Shown here: piece by piece, positions 19,732 to 29,665 of the stretch | How the letters are laid out: every line of letters starts with the position of its first letter | Numbering within the stretch: position 1 is the first letter of the stretch | Assembly (NCBI GenBank): GCA_964291215.2 | Contig: OZ219791.1 | Span: 608,001-672,000 of the forward strand | Direction: 5' to 3' | Length of the DNA: 64,000 bases | Source: Alphaproteobacteria bacterium | Lineage (GTDB): Bacteria > Pseudomonadota > Alphaproteobacteria > MPNO01 > UBA830 | Notes under the pieces: generated by a model | What the model was told of the DNA's origin: nothing | Databases searched by the model: none | Seen by the model: only the letters and a program-made list of their open reading frames with translations | Position numbers and translations under genes: made by a program

Positions 19732-21060
19732 TCAGTCGGCGAACAGAAGACCGTTTATCGCTGCGAGCAGGGCGATCGCGACCAACCCGAATATTGCGCT
19801 AAAGAGAAGGTTGGGACCGAAGATCAGCTGTGTGCGCGAAACCCTGAACATCGCGCTTGCCGTGGCCACCGACACGGCGGTCACGCCCACCATCGAAGCG
19901 AACGCCCAGCCGACAAGCGCCGCCTCCATCATCACGAGATCGGCGACACCGGTGTCGACCGGCGAAAACGCGACCAGGACGACGATGATCGAGACCAGCT
20001 GGTGTATGCCGGCGAGCGCCGTCAGTGAAACGAAGCAGATGACGCAGGCGATCACGGCCCAGGGCGGCAGCGCAAGGGCGTCGATCATGGCGCTCAACCC
20101 TAGATCCCGGATCACGGCTTCGAGGATGCGTCCGAGCACCAGGGCTGTGGTGACGACGACGACCTCGTCGCGAACCAGACCGCAACCGGTCCAGGTGTCG
20201 GCGGCAAGCGCCCGCGCCCGCGTCTTGCCCCCGGCCAGCACGAGCGCTGCGAGGACCGGCGTTGCCGCGATCAGCGCGCCGAGCGTGCTCAGGCCGGCCA
20301 CGCCCGATAGAGCCGCGATCAGCAGCGCGCACAGCGCCACCGCAGGGATGATCGGTGCGTAGCCCCGCACGGCCCGCCACAGCGCGCCGGGCGCGATGCC
20401 GCGCCCCTGCATGGCGAGACCGATGACAAGTCCGACGGCCGCCATGCAGAGGCCGAGAGACATGATTTCCCAGGCCGGGACACCGGGAATCTGCTGGGCG
20501 GTGAATGCGGCCGCGACCCAGAAGGGCGACCACAGCGGAGCAAGACACAGGCCCCGCTGCGCGGCCTCGGCGGTGCGGCGTCTCGTCTCGTCGTCACGCT
20601 CCTGCTTGAGAATGGATCCCTGTATGGCGAGCACGCCGACGACGAGCACCGAGCCGACGACATGGGCGCCGACAAGGTAGGCTCCGAGGGCTTCCTTCTT
20701 CCCCAGGCCGGCAAAGACCGTCCGGGTGCGGCTGATCTCGGGGCGGCGGTCGGCGAGCGCGCGCAGCAGCACGATGGAGCCGAAGAATGCCATGAAGATG
20801 GCGCTGTTCTCGAAACCCCGGATGACGCTGTCCCCGAGATCCAGGAGGGCCGCGAGCGCTGCAGCTGCGATGGCGAGCGGTGCGCAGAGGAAGAAGGTTC
20901 CCCTGCGGATGCGGATCACCGTCAGGACGATGTAGGCGATCATCAGCATCCCGGCGACCCGGCGGAGTTCGGGTGCCGACCAGACCAGTTGCACGATTTC
21001 CATGAGCCAGAGGGCGACAAGAACCGGTTCGGGCCGGGAGAATCTCGCGAGTGATCGCAT
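19732..21060 (-). CDS. Polytopic membrane protein, putative transporter
   Basis: 442 aa with many hydrophobic helices and an LWSPFWVA motif; directly downstream of the CoA transferase. Confidence 0.7.
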   Translation of the reverse strand: MRSLARFSRPEPVLVALWLMEIVQLVWSAPELRRVAGMLMIAYIVLTVIRIRRGTFFLCAPLAIAAAALAALLDLGDSVIRGFENSAIFMAFFGSIVLLRALADRRPEISRTRTVFAGLGKKEALGAYLVGAHVVGSVLVVGVLAIQGSILKQERDDETRRRTAEAAQRGLCLAPLWSPFWVAAAFTAQQIPGVPAWEIMSLGLCMAAVGLVIGLAMQGRGIAPGALWRAVRGYAPIIPAVALCALLIAALSGVAGLSTLGALIAATPVLAALVLAGGKTRARALAADTWTGCGLVRDEVVVVTTALVLGRILEAVIRDLGLSAMIDALALPPWAVIACVICFVSLTALAGIHQLVSIIVVLVAFSPVDTGVADLVMMEAALVGWAFASMVGVTAVSVATASAMFRVSRTQLIFGPNLLFSAIFGLVAIALLAAINGLLFAD

Positions 21061-21155
21061 GCAGTCGTCGCGTCAGGTCGGTCCGGCGCGAAGCCTTTCG
21101 GGCGCAAGCGGGCCGTGGCGGCGGGTTCCGTGGTTCGGCGGAATGGCCGCCGGCG

Positions 21156-22364
21156 TCATATCACGCCGCGCGACGTCAGCTCCGCGATCTTCTCCGGCGA
21201 GAGTTCGGCGAGTTCGCCCCACACATAGCCGTTGTCCTCACCGAGCCGGGGTCCGGAATGGCGGATCGCGCCGGGCGTGCGCGACAGCCGTGGTGCGACA
21301 TTCTGCATGGCGACTTCGCCGAGTTCGGGATGGTGCACGCGGGTGATGCTTTCCCGGGCGCGGAAATGCGGATCCTCCAGCATTTCGGGGGCGCGGTAGA
21401 TCTTGCCGTTGGGGATGCCGAAGCGGTTCAGCCGTTCCTCGAGATCCGCAGCGGGAAAGCGTGCCGTCCACTCGGAGATCAGGTCGTCGAGGGCGGCTTG
21501 ATTGGAGCCCCGGGCCTGGTGAGTCGCGTAGCGCTCGTCCGTCGCCAGTTCTGGCCGGTCCATCGCTTTGGCCATTCGCGCCCAGACCGAGTCCTGATTG
21601 GCGCCGATGACGAGCCACACGCCGTCACGCGCCGGATAGACGTTGGACGGCGCGATCTTGGGCAGAAACGACCCCGTGCGTTCGCGTATGTAGCCGCCGA
21701 TGTCGTAATCGATGACCGTGCTTTCCATCATGTTCAGAACCGACTCGTAGATCGAGGCGTCGACGACCTGGCCGCGCCCGGTGAGCCGCGCCTGATGAAG
21801 CGCCATCACCGCGCCCAGGCACGCATGCATCGCAGCCAGCGAATCGCCGATCGAGATCCCGGCCCGGCTCGGCGGAAGCGACGGGTCGCCGGTGGTGTAG
21901 CGCAGCCCGCCCATCGCTTCGCCGATCGCGCCGTAACCGGTGCGCTCGGAATAGGGGCCCGTCTGGCCGAAACCGGACACGCGGACCATGATCAGGCGGG
22001 GATTGACGGCCGCGAGATCCTCGTATCCCAGCCCCCAGCGCTCCATCGTGCCCGGGCGAAAGTTTTCGAGCACGATGTCGGCGCCCTCCACCAGTTTCCT
22101 GACCAGATCCTGGCCGTCGGCCTCGCGCGCGTTGAGCGTTGCGGAAAGCTTGTTCCGGGCGAGCACCGACCAGAACAGGGCCTTTCCGTGGGGCTTCTCC
22201 TTGCCCCATTGGCGCATCGGGTCGCCGTTTCCCGGCTGTTCGAGCTTGATGACCTCGGCGCCGTGGTCCGCTAGCAACTGGCCACAGAACGGTCCCGCGA
22301 TCATGGTTCCCATTTCAATGACCCGGATGTCGGAAAGGGGTCCGGAACGGTTTTCTCCGACCAT
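21156..22364 (-). CDS. CaiB/BaiF family (class III) CoA transferase
   Basis: IAGPFCGQLLADHGAEVIKLE, NKLS, ENFRPG, SGFGQTGPY. Confidence 0.93.
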   Translation of the reverse strand: MVGENRSGPLSDIRVIEMGTMIAGPFCGQLLADHGAEVIKLEQPGNGDPMRQWGKEKPHGKALFWSVLARNKLSATLNAREADGQDLVRKLVEGADIVLENFRPGTMERWGLGYEDLAAVNPRLIMVRVSGFGQTGPYSERTGYGAIGEAMGGLRYTTGDPSLPPSRAGISIGDSLAAMHACLGAVMALHQARLTGRGQVVDASIYESVLNMMESTVIDYDIGGYIRERTGSFLPKIAPSNVYPARDGVWLVIGANQDSVWARMAKAMDRPELATDERYATHQARGSNQAALDDLISEWTARFPAADLEERLNRFGIPNGKIYRAPEMLEDPHFRARESITRVHHPELGEVAMQNVAPRLSRTPGAIRHSGPRLGEDNGYVWGELAELSPEKIAELTSRGVI

Positions 22365-22540
22365 CGTGCCGTCCTTGTCAGGGAGAGGGGGGCGTCGTGG
22401 AGGTGCCCGCCCATGTTTCCTGACTGGCCGTCGCGGGTCAAGTCGGCCCCACCGTGCCAATGCGATCCGCAGCCGCCGCATCCGTTTGCAAGCCTGCCAT
22501 CCGCGGCATATATCAGGATCGGGCAACCTCGAGAGGAAGA

Positions 22541-23470
22541 ATGATGGCGTCATCCGCAAACCGGATCGAGATCGTCGATGTCGGGCCGCGCGACGGGCTG
22601 CAGAACGAGCCCGTGACGCTCGATGTCGGGACGCGGGTGGCCTTCATCCGCAGGCTTGCCGGGGCGGGGGTGAGACGGCTCGAGGCGGCAAGTTTCGTGA
22701 ACCCCAAGCGAGTTCCCCAGATGGCCGGGGCCGAGGAGGTGTTCGAGGCGCTTGGCGACCGCGACGGGGTGACCTGCATCGGCCTCGTGCTGAACCGCCG
22801 CGGCCTCGACCGGGCGATCGCCGCCGGTTGCCGCGAGGTCAACTACGCGCTGGTCGCGTCTGACGCGTTCAGCCAGAGGAACCAGGGAACAACGATCGAA
22901 CAGGCCGTGGAAGTCTACAGGGACATAGCCGGCGCCGCGCGCGCCGCCGGCGTCCGATGTTCGCTGACGATCTCGACCGCGTTCGGCTGCCCTTTCCAGG
23001 GCGAGGTGCCGCCGAACCGGGTCATCGGGCTGGTCGCGGAGTGTGCCGACGAAGAACCTTTCGAGATTGCGCTTGCCGACACCATAGGCTGCGCGGTGCC
23101 GAGCCAGGTCGCCGACCTGTTCGGGGCAGTGATGGAACAGGTGCCCGCGGTGGCATTCCGGGCACATTTCCACAACACGCGGAACACCGGGCTTGCCAAC
23201 TGCTATGCGGCCGTCGAGTCTGGCATCCGCGTCCTCGACGCGTCCGCGGGCGGCATCGGCGGCTGCCCGTTCGCGCCGCGCGCCACCGGAAACGTGCCGT
23301 CCGAAGACCTTGTCTACATGCTTCACAGGATGGGATTCGAGACCGGCATCGATCTCGACAGGCTGATCGAAGCCGGGCTGTGGATCGGCGGGCAACTCGA
23401 CCATCCGGTACCTGCGATGCTCGGCCGGGCCGGCGTGTTCCCGCCGTCCGAGCCTCGGATGCAGGCTTGA
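22541..23470 (+). CDS. Hydroxymethylglutaryl-CoA lyase family protein
   Basis: VGPRDGLQNE, LADTIG, HFHNT, GGCPFAPRATGN. Confidence 0.93.
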   Translation: MMASSANRIEIVDVGPRDGLQNEPVTLDVGTRVAFIRRLAGAGVRRLEAASFVNPKRVPQMAGAEEVFEALGDRDGVTCIGLVLNRRGLDRAIAAGCREVNYALVASDAFSQRNQGTTIEQAVEVYRDIAGAARAAGVRCSLTISTAFGCPFQGEVPPNRVIGLVAECADEEPFEIALADTIGCAVPSQVADLFGAVMEQVPAVAFRAHFHNTRNTGLANCYAAVESGIRVLDASAGGIGGCPFAPRATGNVPSEDLVYMLHRMGFETGIDLDRLIEAGLWIGGQLDHPVPAMLGRAGVFPPSEPRMQA

Positions 23471-23494
23471 TCGGTGCCCGGCCTCGCTGCGCGC

Positions 23495-24034
23495 CTACAG
23501 GTTTCCGTCGTCGCCGTCGGGGTTGGTGAACGGCGCGCGCAGCCGGGCGCCGGCGCTCTCCCGCCAGTGCCCGAGCGCCCAGCGCACCGACGGGAACGCG
23601 AGGTCGTTCCAGGGTATGTCCGCCCACTCGAACAGCTCGAGTTCGAGCGTCTCCTCGCCGGCGGCGAACTCCCCGTCCTCCAGCCGCGCCCGATAGATCA
23701 GCTGAACTTGGCTAATGCGCGGGATGGTGTAGACCGCGAGCAGCCCGTCGATCGCGATGCGTGCGCAAGCCTCTTCGGCAGCCTCCCTTATCGCGCCGGC
23801 CTCCGTCGTCTCGTTGAGTTCGAGATAGCCGGCTGGAATGGTCCAGAAGCCGCGCCGAGGCTCGATGGCGCGGCGGCACAGCAATATCCGGCCGTCATGG
23901 GCGCAGACCGAGCCCACGATGACCTTGGGGTTCTCGTAATGGATGAACCCGCAATCCGAGCACACCAGCCGCGGACGGTTGTCCCCGTCCGGAGTCCGGC
24001 GCTCGAACGGGGAGGAAGATGATGATCGTGGCAT
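23495..24034 (-). CDS. NUDIX hydrolase with N-terminal zinc ribbon
   Basis: RLVCSDCGFIHYENPK and Nudix box GYLELNETTEAGAIREAAEEA. Confidence 0.9.
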   Translation of the reverse strand: MPRSSSSSPFERRTPDGDNRPRLVCSDCGFIHYENPKVIVGSVCAHDGRILLCRRAIEPRRGFWTIPAGYLELNETTEAGAIREAAEEACARIAIDGLLAVYTIPRISQVQLIYRARLEDGEFAAGEETLELELFEWADIPWNDLAFPSVRWALGHWRESAGARLRAPFTNPDGDDGNL

Positions 24035-24222
24035 GGCCGGAGGATGTCGCGCCCGGGCGGCCAGTGCAAGCGAACGCTCCTGCGGGTTCCAGACGCGCGG
24101 CGCCGAGTTCGGCCCGGCAAGCGCTGTTGCTGCCGGACGGCATGCTATAACGGGAGCGGGCAAGGTGCCGGATGTCCGCCGCTCCGGACGCGGCGGCGGC
24201 AGGTAGCCAGGAGAGGCCTTTC

Positions 24223-25263
24223 GTGAAAGCTCTCGTTCTTCATGAGGCAGGAGCGCCATTCTCGCTTGTGGAGGTCCCGGATCCGGCGCCCGGACCCGAT
24301 GACGCGTTGGCGAAGGTGATTGCCTGCGGTGCCGGGCTTACGATCCAGCACGTCAAGGCGGGACGCACCGAAGTCGGGTTCCCGCGGATCATCGGCCACG
24401 AGATCACCGGAGTTATCGAGGCCGTCGGGCGCAACGTTACCGGCCTTGCTCTCGGGGATCCGGTCACCGCGTACTTCTATCTGACGTGTGGACAATGCCG
24501 GTGGTGTCGGATCGGCCGCGAGACGCTGTGCACGAACTTCGGCGGGTATGTGGGCCGGGCCTGCGACGGCGGCTATGCAGAGCTGATCCGGTTGCCGGCG
24601 CGGAATTTCATCCCGCTGCCACCGGGACTGGACTGGCAGGGATCGCCAGCGGAAATCGGAGTTATTACCGATGCCATCGCGACGCCGGTCAAGGTGGTTC
24701 GCCATGCCGGGATTGCCGCCGGCGAGACGGTGGCGGTGTTCGGCGCCGGCGGCGGACTCGGCATCCACATGATCATGCTCGCGCGCTGGGCGCATGCCCG
24801 CGTCATTGCCGTCGAGATCGACGGCGGCAAACATGACGACTGCCGCCGGGCGGGCGCGGAACATTGCGTGAATCCGCACGAGGTCGATACCGTGGAGGCG
24901 CTGTGGGACCTCGGTGGCGGCAGCATTGACGTTGCCGTGGATTTCGTGTCGTCGAGGGGAACGCTGGAGGCAGGCGTGCGTGCGCTCGGACGTGGTGGAC
25001 GGCTGATAACCCTCGGCGGCGCCAGCCAGGCGTTCGAGGCGCAAGCGTCCGACATGCTCGAAAAGGAACTCGTGCTCATGGGCAGCCGTTACGCGACGCG
25101 GCAGGAGGTGATCGACTCGCTCGATCTCTGCGCCCGCGGCGAAATCCGGCCGCTCGTCACCGAGACCGTCGCCATGGACGGCGCCGAGGCTCTGCACGCC
25201 CGTATAGAGAAGGGGAAGGTCACCGGCCGCGCGGCCGTGATGATCGGCGACGCCGTTCCATGA
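24223..25263 (+). CDS. Zn-dependent alcohol dehydrogenase family protein
   Basis: GTG start after AGGAGAG; GHE, CGQCRWC...C, GAGGGLG. Confidence 0.9.
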   Translation: MKALVLHEAGAPFSLVEVPDPAPGPDDALAKVIACGAGLTIQHVKAGRTEVGFPRIIGHEITGVIEAVGRNVTGLALGDPVTAYFYLTCGQCRWCRIGRETLCTNFGGYVGRACDGGYAELIRLPARNFIPLPPGLDWQGSPAEIGVITDAIATPVKVVRHAGIAAGETVAVFGAGGGLGIHMIMLARWAHARVIAVEIDGGKHDDCRRAGAEHCVNPHEVDTVEALWDLGGGSIDVAVDFVSSRGTLEAGVRALGRGGRLITLGGASQAFEAQASDMLEKELVLMGSRYATRQEVIDSLDLCARGEIRPLVTETVAMDGAEALHARIEKGKVTGRAAVMIGDAVP

Positions 25264-25296
25264 TCTCCGGCGCGCGGCCGCGCTGGACGGGGTGAC

Positions 25297-27624
25297 GTGT
25301 TCGGGCAACGGATACCGCGGCGCGAGGACCCTGCCCTGCTGCGGGGCCGCGCCCGCTTCGTCGATGACATCCGGCTTCCCGGGATGCTGCATGCGGTTTT
25401 TCTCCGGAGCCCTCACGCCCATGCTCGCATCCGGCGCATCGATGCCTCGGCAGCCTTGGCCCGCCCCGGTGTCGTCGCGGTCTACACGGTCGACGACTTC
25501 CGCCCCTTCCTGACCGATCCGGTCATGCCGCTGGAACAGCCCTCGGGTGCGCTCCGGCAGTCGGTGAGCCCCTCCGTGCTCGCCGAGCGCGAGGTGCGCT
25601 ATGTCGGCGAACCGGTTGCCTGCGTCGCTGCCGAATCCCCCTACCTTGCCGAGGACGCGGCGGCGGCGATCGAGGTGGACTACGAAGCGCTGCCCGTCTC
25701 GGCGGATTACAGGCGCGCACTTGATGACGGCGCTCCGCCCGCGCATGCCGGCAGCCCGCATAATCTGGTGGCCGCGTTCACGCTTGCCTATGGCGACCTC
25801 GATGCGGCGTTTTCGGGGACCGCGCATGTCTTTCGCGAAGAGCTGCAACAGCACAAGGGCCTCGGCCACGCCATCGAGTGCCGCGGCGTGGCCGCCTTCA
25901 TGGACCGCCGCGACGGCGTGCTGACGGTGTGGTCAGGAACCCAGATGGCGCACCGCGCGCGGTCGGTGCTCGTGCAGATGCTCGGCATGCCGGAAGACCG
26001 GATCAGGGTCACGGCGCCGCATGTCGGCGGCGGCTTCGGACCCAAGTTCGTCTTCTACCCGGAAGAGGCGGCGGTTCCGCTGGCGGCGAAGCTTCTCGAC
26101 AGGCCGGTCAAGTGGACGGAGGACAGGCGCGAGCATTTTACGGCGGCAACCATGGAGCGCGACCAGCTGTGGGACCTTGAAGCCGCGGTCGATGCCGACG
26201 GGCGCCTGCGCGGCGTCCGTGGCGCCATGATTCACGATCATGGTGCCTACACGCCCTACGGCGTCAACCTTCCCTACAATTCGGCGACCAATTTCCTCGG
26301 GCCCTACGAGCTTCCGGCGCTGTCCCTCGACGTGCGGCTGGCGCTGACGAACATGACGCCGGTCACGCCGGTGCGCGGCGCCGGTCGTCCGCAGGGAACC
26401 TTCGCCATGGAACGCCTGATGGACCGCATCGCCCGCGAGCTCGGGCTCGACCGGGCAGAAGCGCGGCGGCGCAACATGATCCCGCCCGCGCGGATGCCCC
26501 ACGAAACTCCGGTCAGAACCCGCGACGGGTCCGCGATGACCTATGATTCCGGGGACTTCCCGGGCGCCATGGATGCGGCGCTTGCGCGCGCTGGCTACCG
26601 GGATTTCGGGAACCGGCAACGCGCTGCGCGCGCCGGGGGGCGGCATATCGGAATCGGCGTCGCGAACTATGTCGAGGGCACCGGGCGGGGGCCGTTCGAA
26701 TCCGCCATCGTCCGCGTCGCGCCCTCGGGCCATATCGCCGTCATGACGGGAGCGACCGATCAGGGTCAGGGCCTGTCGACATCGCTGGCGCAGGTCTGTG
26801 CCGCGCAACTCGGCGTGGATATCGAGCGGATCGACGTTGTTGCCGGGGACACGGCGCCGGTGGCGCTGGGGCTCGGTGCATTTGCGAGCCGCCAGGCGGT
26901 AACCGCCGGTTCTTCGGTCCACGTTGCCGCGGGCGCCGTGCGGGACAAGGCGCTGAAGGTGGCGTCGCATCTCCTCGAGGCGGCCGAGGAGGATCTCGAG
27001 CTGGACGGCGGCCGGGTCTCGGTCCGCGGCGCCCCGGCTCTCTCCGTCGGCCTCGGCGACATCGCCCGCGCCGTGCAGGGCATGCCGGGCTTCTCGCTTC
27101 CAGGCGGGGTCGAGCCCGGGATGGAGGCTGCGGCGCATTTCTCGCCGGAGACCCTGACCTACTGCCACGGCACCCATGTCGCCGAGGTCGAGGTCGACAC
27201 CGGCACCGGCCGGGTCGCGATCCTGAACTATGTCATCGTTCACGACAGCGGCCGCCTCATCAACCCGATGATCGTCGACGGGCAGGTGACGGGCGGCGCG
27301 GTGCACGGGCTCGGCTGCGCCCTCTTCGAACGCATGATCTACGACGATCACGGTCAGCCGCTGACCACAAATTTCGGGGAGTATCTCCTCCCTTCCGCCC
27401 CCGAGGCGCCGCGTTTCGACATCATCCACCAGGAAAGCCCCACGCCGCTCAACCCGCTCGGCGTCAAGGGTGCGGGCGAGGGCGGCGTCATCCCGGTTGC
27501 TGCCGCGATGTCGTCGGCCGTCGAGGACGCGTTGACGCCTTGGGGCGTGGTCATCTCCGAGCTGCCGATCAGGCCCGAACACCTCGTGGAGATGATTCGC
27601 AACGCGCCCGGTACCGGGGGATGA
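25297..27624 (+). CDS. Xanthine dehydrogenase-family molybdopterin-binding subunit (CoxL-like)
   Basis: RSPHAHARI, VGGGFGPK, PVRGAGRPQ, QGQG, GVKGAGEGG. Confidence 0.92.
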   Translation: MFGQRIPRREDPALLRGRARFVDDIRLPGMLHAVFLRSPHAHARIRRIDASAALARPGVVAVYTVDDFRPFLTDPVMPLEQPSGALRQSVSPSVLAEREVRYVGEPVACVAAESPYLAEDAAAAIEVDYEALPVSADYRRALDDGAPPAHAGSPHNLVAAFTLAYGDLDAAFSGTAHVFREELQQHKGLGHAIECRGVAAFMDRRDGVLTVWSGTQMAHRARSVLVQMLGMPEDRIRVTAPHVGGGFGPKFVFYPEEAAVPLAAKLLDRPVKWTEDRREHFTAATMERDQLWDLEAAVDADGRLRGVRGAMIHDHGAYTPYGVNLPYNSATNFLGPYELPALSLDVRLALTNMTPVTPVRGAGRPQGTFAMERLMDRIARELGLDRAEARRRNMIPPARMPHETPVRTRDGSAMTYDSGDFPGAMDAALARAGYRDFGNRQRAARAGGRHIGIGVANYVEGTGRGPFESAIVRVAPSGHIAVMTGATDQGQGLSTSLAQVCAAQLGVDIERIDVVAGDTAPVALGLGAFASRQAVTAGSSVHVAAGAVRDKALKVASHLLEAAEEDLELDGGRVSVRGAPALSVGLGDIARAVQGMPGFSLPGGVEPGMEAAAHFSPETLTYCHGTHVAEVEVDTGTGRVAILNYVIVHDSGRLINPMIVDGQVTGGAVHGLGCALFERMIYDDHGQPLTTNFGEYLLPSAPEAPRFDIIHQESPTPLNPLGVKGAGEGGVIPVAAAMSSAVEDALTPWGVVISELPIRPEHLVEMIRNAPGTGG

Positions 27625-27647
27625 GACCCGGAAGGTGCGGCGGCGGT

Positions 27648-29141
27648 TCAGGCGGCGCTGAACTGGCCGTGGAAAGCCAGCGGCAGCGGATAAGGCAGCC
27701 AGCCATAGGCCAGCGGTCCGTCCGCTATTCGGCGTGCGTCGAAGACGGTGATGCCGCTCACCCCGCGCTCATATGCGAGGACGGTGCCTACGAGCCAGCC
27801 GTCATCCTCCGCGCGGGCGTCCGGAGACGGCACGAAGACGTGTTCCTCGGGAAGGATTCCGGCAGCGAAGGTGAAGCTCTCCTCGGTTCCGCGTTCGAGG
27901 TCGCGCTTTGCAACCGACGGCAGGAGCCAATTCGGGTTGCCGGTGCCCGCCAGCATGTAGACGTAGCGGTTGCGCAGCCCCGTCAGGTGATCCGCGATGC
28001 GCGGAAACTCCGCGGGCCCGCTTTCCTCCTCGATTCGGGCCCGGCCGTCCGGGAACAGCGCGAACCTGGTGTAATGTTCGGGCGTGGCGGGGCTCAACCG
28101 GCCACGCATAACGTCGCGCAGCGAATCGGTGACGATGCGGGAGTCAGCGGCCACGCAGTGGTCGAAACGGATGACCCCGCGGGCGTCTTCCCAGCCGTTG
28201 CCGTGGTGGAAACCGAAGCCCGCCGGCAACTGCGCCCATCGCCGGTCACCAAAATCGTCCTTCGACACGACGAGCGCGCGGGAACCCAGCTCCGGGCGCC
28301 AGGCGTGGCTGTCGAGGAAGGTGCCCGCGCGTCCGTGCTCGTGAACGAGGGGCGGGATGACAATGACCAGGTGCCTGCGGGTCACGACGAAATCGTGGAC
28401 CATGCCGAGAGGCGCCACATGCACCGGTCTCGCCTTCACCAGCCGCCCGTCCGGTCCGATGTGATAGAGCAGCAGGACCGGCTTCTCTCCAAGCACGTAG
28501 CCGAAGGCCCAGACGGTGCCGTCGGCCTCGACCTTGGGATGCGCCGTGAAGGGCAGGCCTTCGAGGCCGTGGCCCCACGACTTGAACCCCGTCCATTCGA
28601 GGCTGTCGCGCGCGACGATGCTGGCCGAGCCGCCCTCCCAGAGCGCGAGGAGTTCGCCGTGGTGGTCGAGCACGGAGATGTTGGCGACGTTGACGTCGTC
28701 CGGCCGCCGGACCGGTGCGGCGTCCTCGACCGGCGTTGCGAAAGCCGTGTAGAGCCGCCGGCCCGCGGCGTCTTCGCGCCGGAGCTTGGGGGTCATCAGC
28801 ACCCGGCCGCGGTGCGAGACGCCGCTGCCGGTGAAGCGGAACTCCTGGAGCATCCCGTCGCCCTCGAACCAGTGGCCGTAGCGGAAGCCGTGGCGGTCAT
28901 GGACGGCGGGTCCGTTGCGGCGCAGCACGCCCTGGAGGTCCGGCGGCAGCCGGCCCTCGATGGTCAGGGCTGGGTGGTCGAGGCGGTCCGCGAGCGGTCC
29001 GGCCCAGCCCAGGAGCCGCGGGTCACTCCGGGGGGCAGCGGCGCCGTTTCTGCCGCCGGGCGCGGCGATTGCCGACAGCAGGGGAGCCGCGGCGACCGGG
29101 CAGCCCGCGGCGGCGAAGAGGAACTGTCTGCGATCCAGCAT
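27648..29141 (-). CDS. Carotenoid cleavage oxygenase family protein with Tat signal
   Basis: MLDRRQFL twin-arginine motif; RRNGP, HWFEGDGM; four Fe-ligand His contexts TAHPK, MVHDF, FHHGN, FHG; EDDGWL. Confidence 0.92.
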   Translation of the reverse strand: MLDRRQFLFAAAGCPVAAAPLLSAIAAPGGRNGAAAPRSDPRLLGWAGPLADRLDHPALTIEGRLPPDLQGVLRRNGPAVHDRHGFRYGHWFEGDGMLQEFRFTGSGVSHRGRVLMTPKLRREDAAGRRLYTAFATPVEDAAPVRRPDDVNVANISVLDHHGELLALWEGGSASIVARDSLEWTGFKSWGHGLEGLPFTAHPKVEADGTVWAFGYVLGEKPVLLLYHIGPDGRLVKARPVHVAPLGMVHDFVVTRRHLVIVIPPLVHEHGRAGTFLDSHAWRPELGSRALVVSKDDFGDRRWAQLPAGFGFHHGNGWEDARGVIRFDHCVAADSRIVTDSLRDVMRGRLSPATPEHYTRFALFPDGRARIEEESGPAEFPRIADHLTGLRNRYVYMLAGTGNPNWLLPSVAKRDLERGTEESFTFAAGILPEEHVFVPSPDARAEDDGWLVGTVLAYERGVSGITVFDARRIADGPLAYGWLPYPLPLAFHGQFSAA

Positions 29142-29152
29142 GGTGGGTGCCC

Positions 29153-29590
29153 CTAGTAGGAAAGCGCGAGTCTTGCCGGCACGGTGCCGGTCTCGCCGAC
29201 CACGACCGAGGCATCGGCGAAGCTGGGCGGTCCCATCACCCCGGCCGCGTCGTTGGCGAAACCGTACCCCTCCCGGGGGATGCCGAGGATGTTGGTGTCG
29301 AGCTCCTCGTTGGCGTTTTCGTCATGGAACGCGTTGACGGCGTAGCGTCCGGGCGCGAGGTCGCGGAAGGCCATGCGGACCGGTCCGCCGTCGGCAAGGC
29401 GCCAGCCGCCGGCGACCATGCCCGCGGCGTCAGGAAAGCTGACGTTGTCCACAGGCCTGTGGACGGCGACGTAGACCCGGCCCTGGTCTGAACGGATGCC
29501 CTCGACCTCTATGGCGAGGTCGCCGGCGGCAGCCGGCAGGGCGAGGAATGCGGCGGCAAGCAGCGCCGGTGCGGATCGGAGAAGCGGCAT
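29153..29590 (-). CDS. Secreted DUF2141-family protein
   Basis: Signal peptide (..LALPAAA), then PGRYAVNAFHDENAN.ELDTN.LGIP.EGYGFAND...GPPSF. Confidence 0.85.
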   Translation of the reverse strand: MPLLRSAPALLAAAFLALPAAAGDLAIEVEGIRSDQGRVYVAVHRPVDNVSFPDAAGMVAGGWRLADGGPVRMAFRDLAPGRYAVNAFHDENANEELDTNILGIPREGYGFANDAAGVMGPPSFADASVVVGETGTVPARLALSY

Positions 29591-29665
29591 CGGGTGTATC
29601 CTCCTCGGATGGTTGATAGTATGGCGCACTGCGGGCGGCGCGCCCTGTTCGGAACAGGATGTGGG

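Noticed and set aside
25297-27624. Aerobic CO dehydrogenase (form I coxL)
   Set aside because: Lacks AYxCSFR and has no adjacent coxM/coxS or accessory genes.
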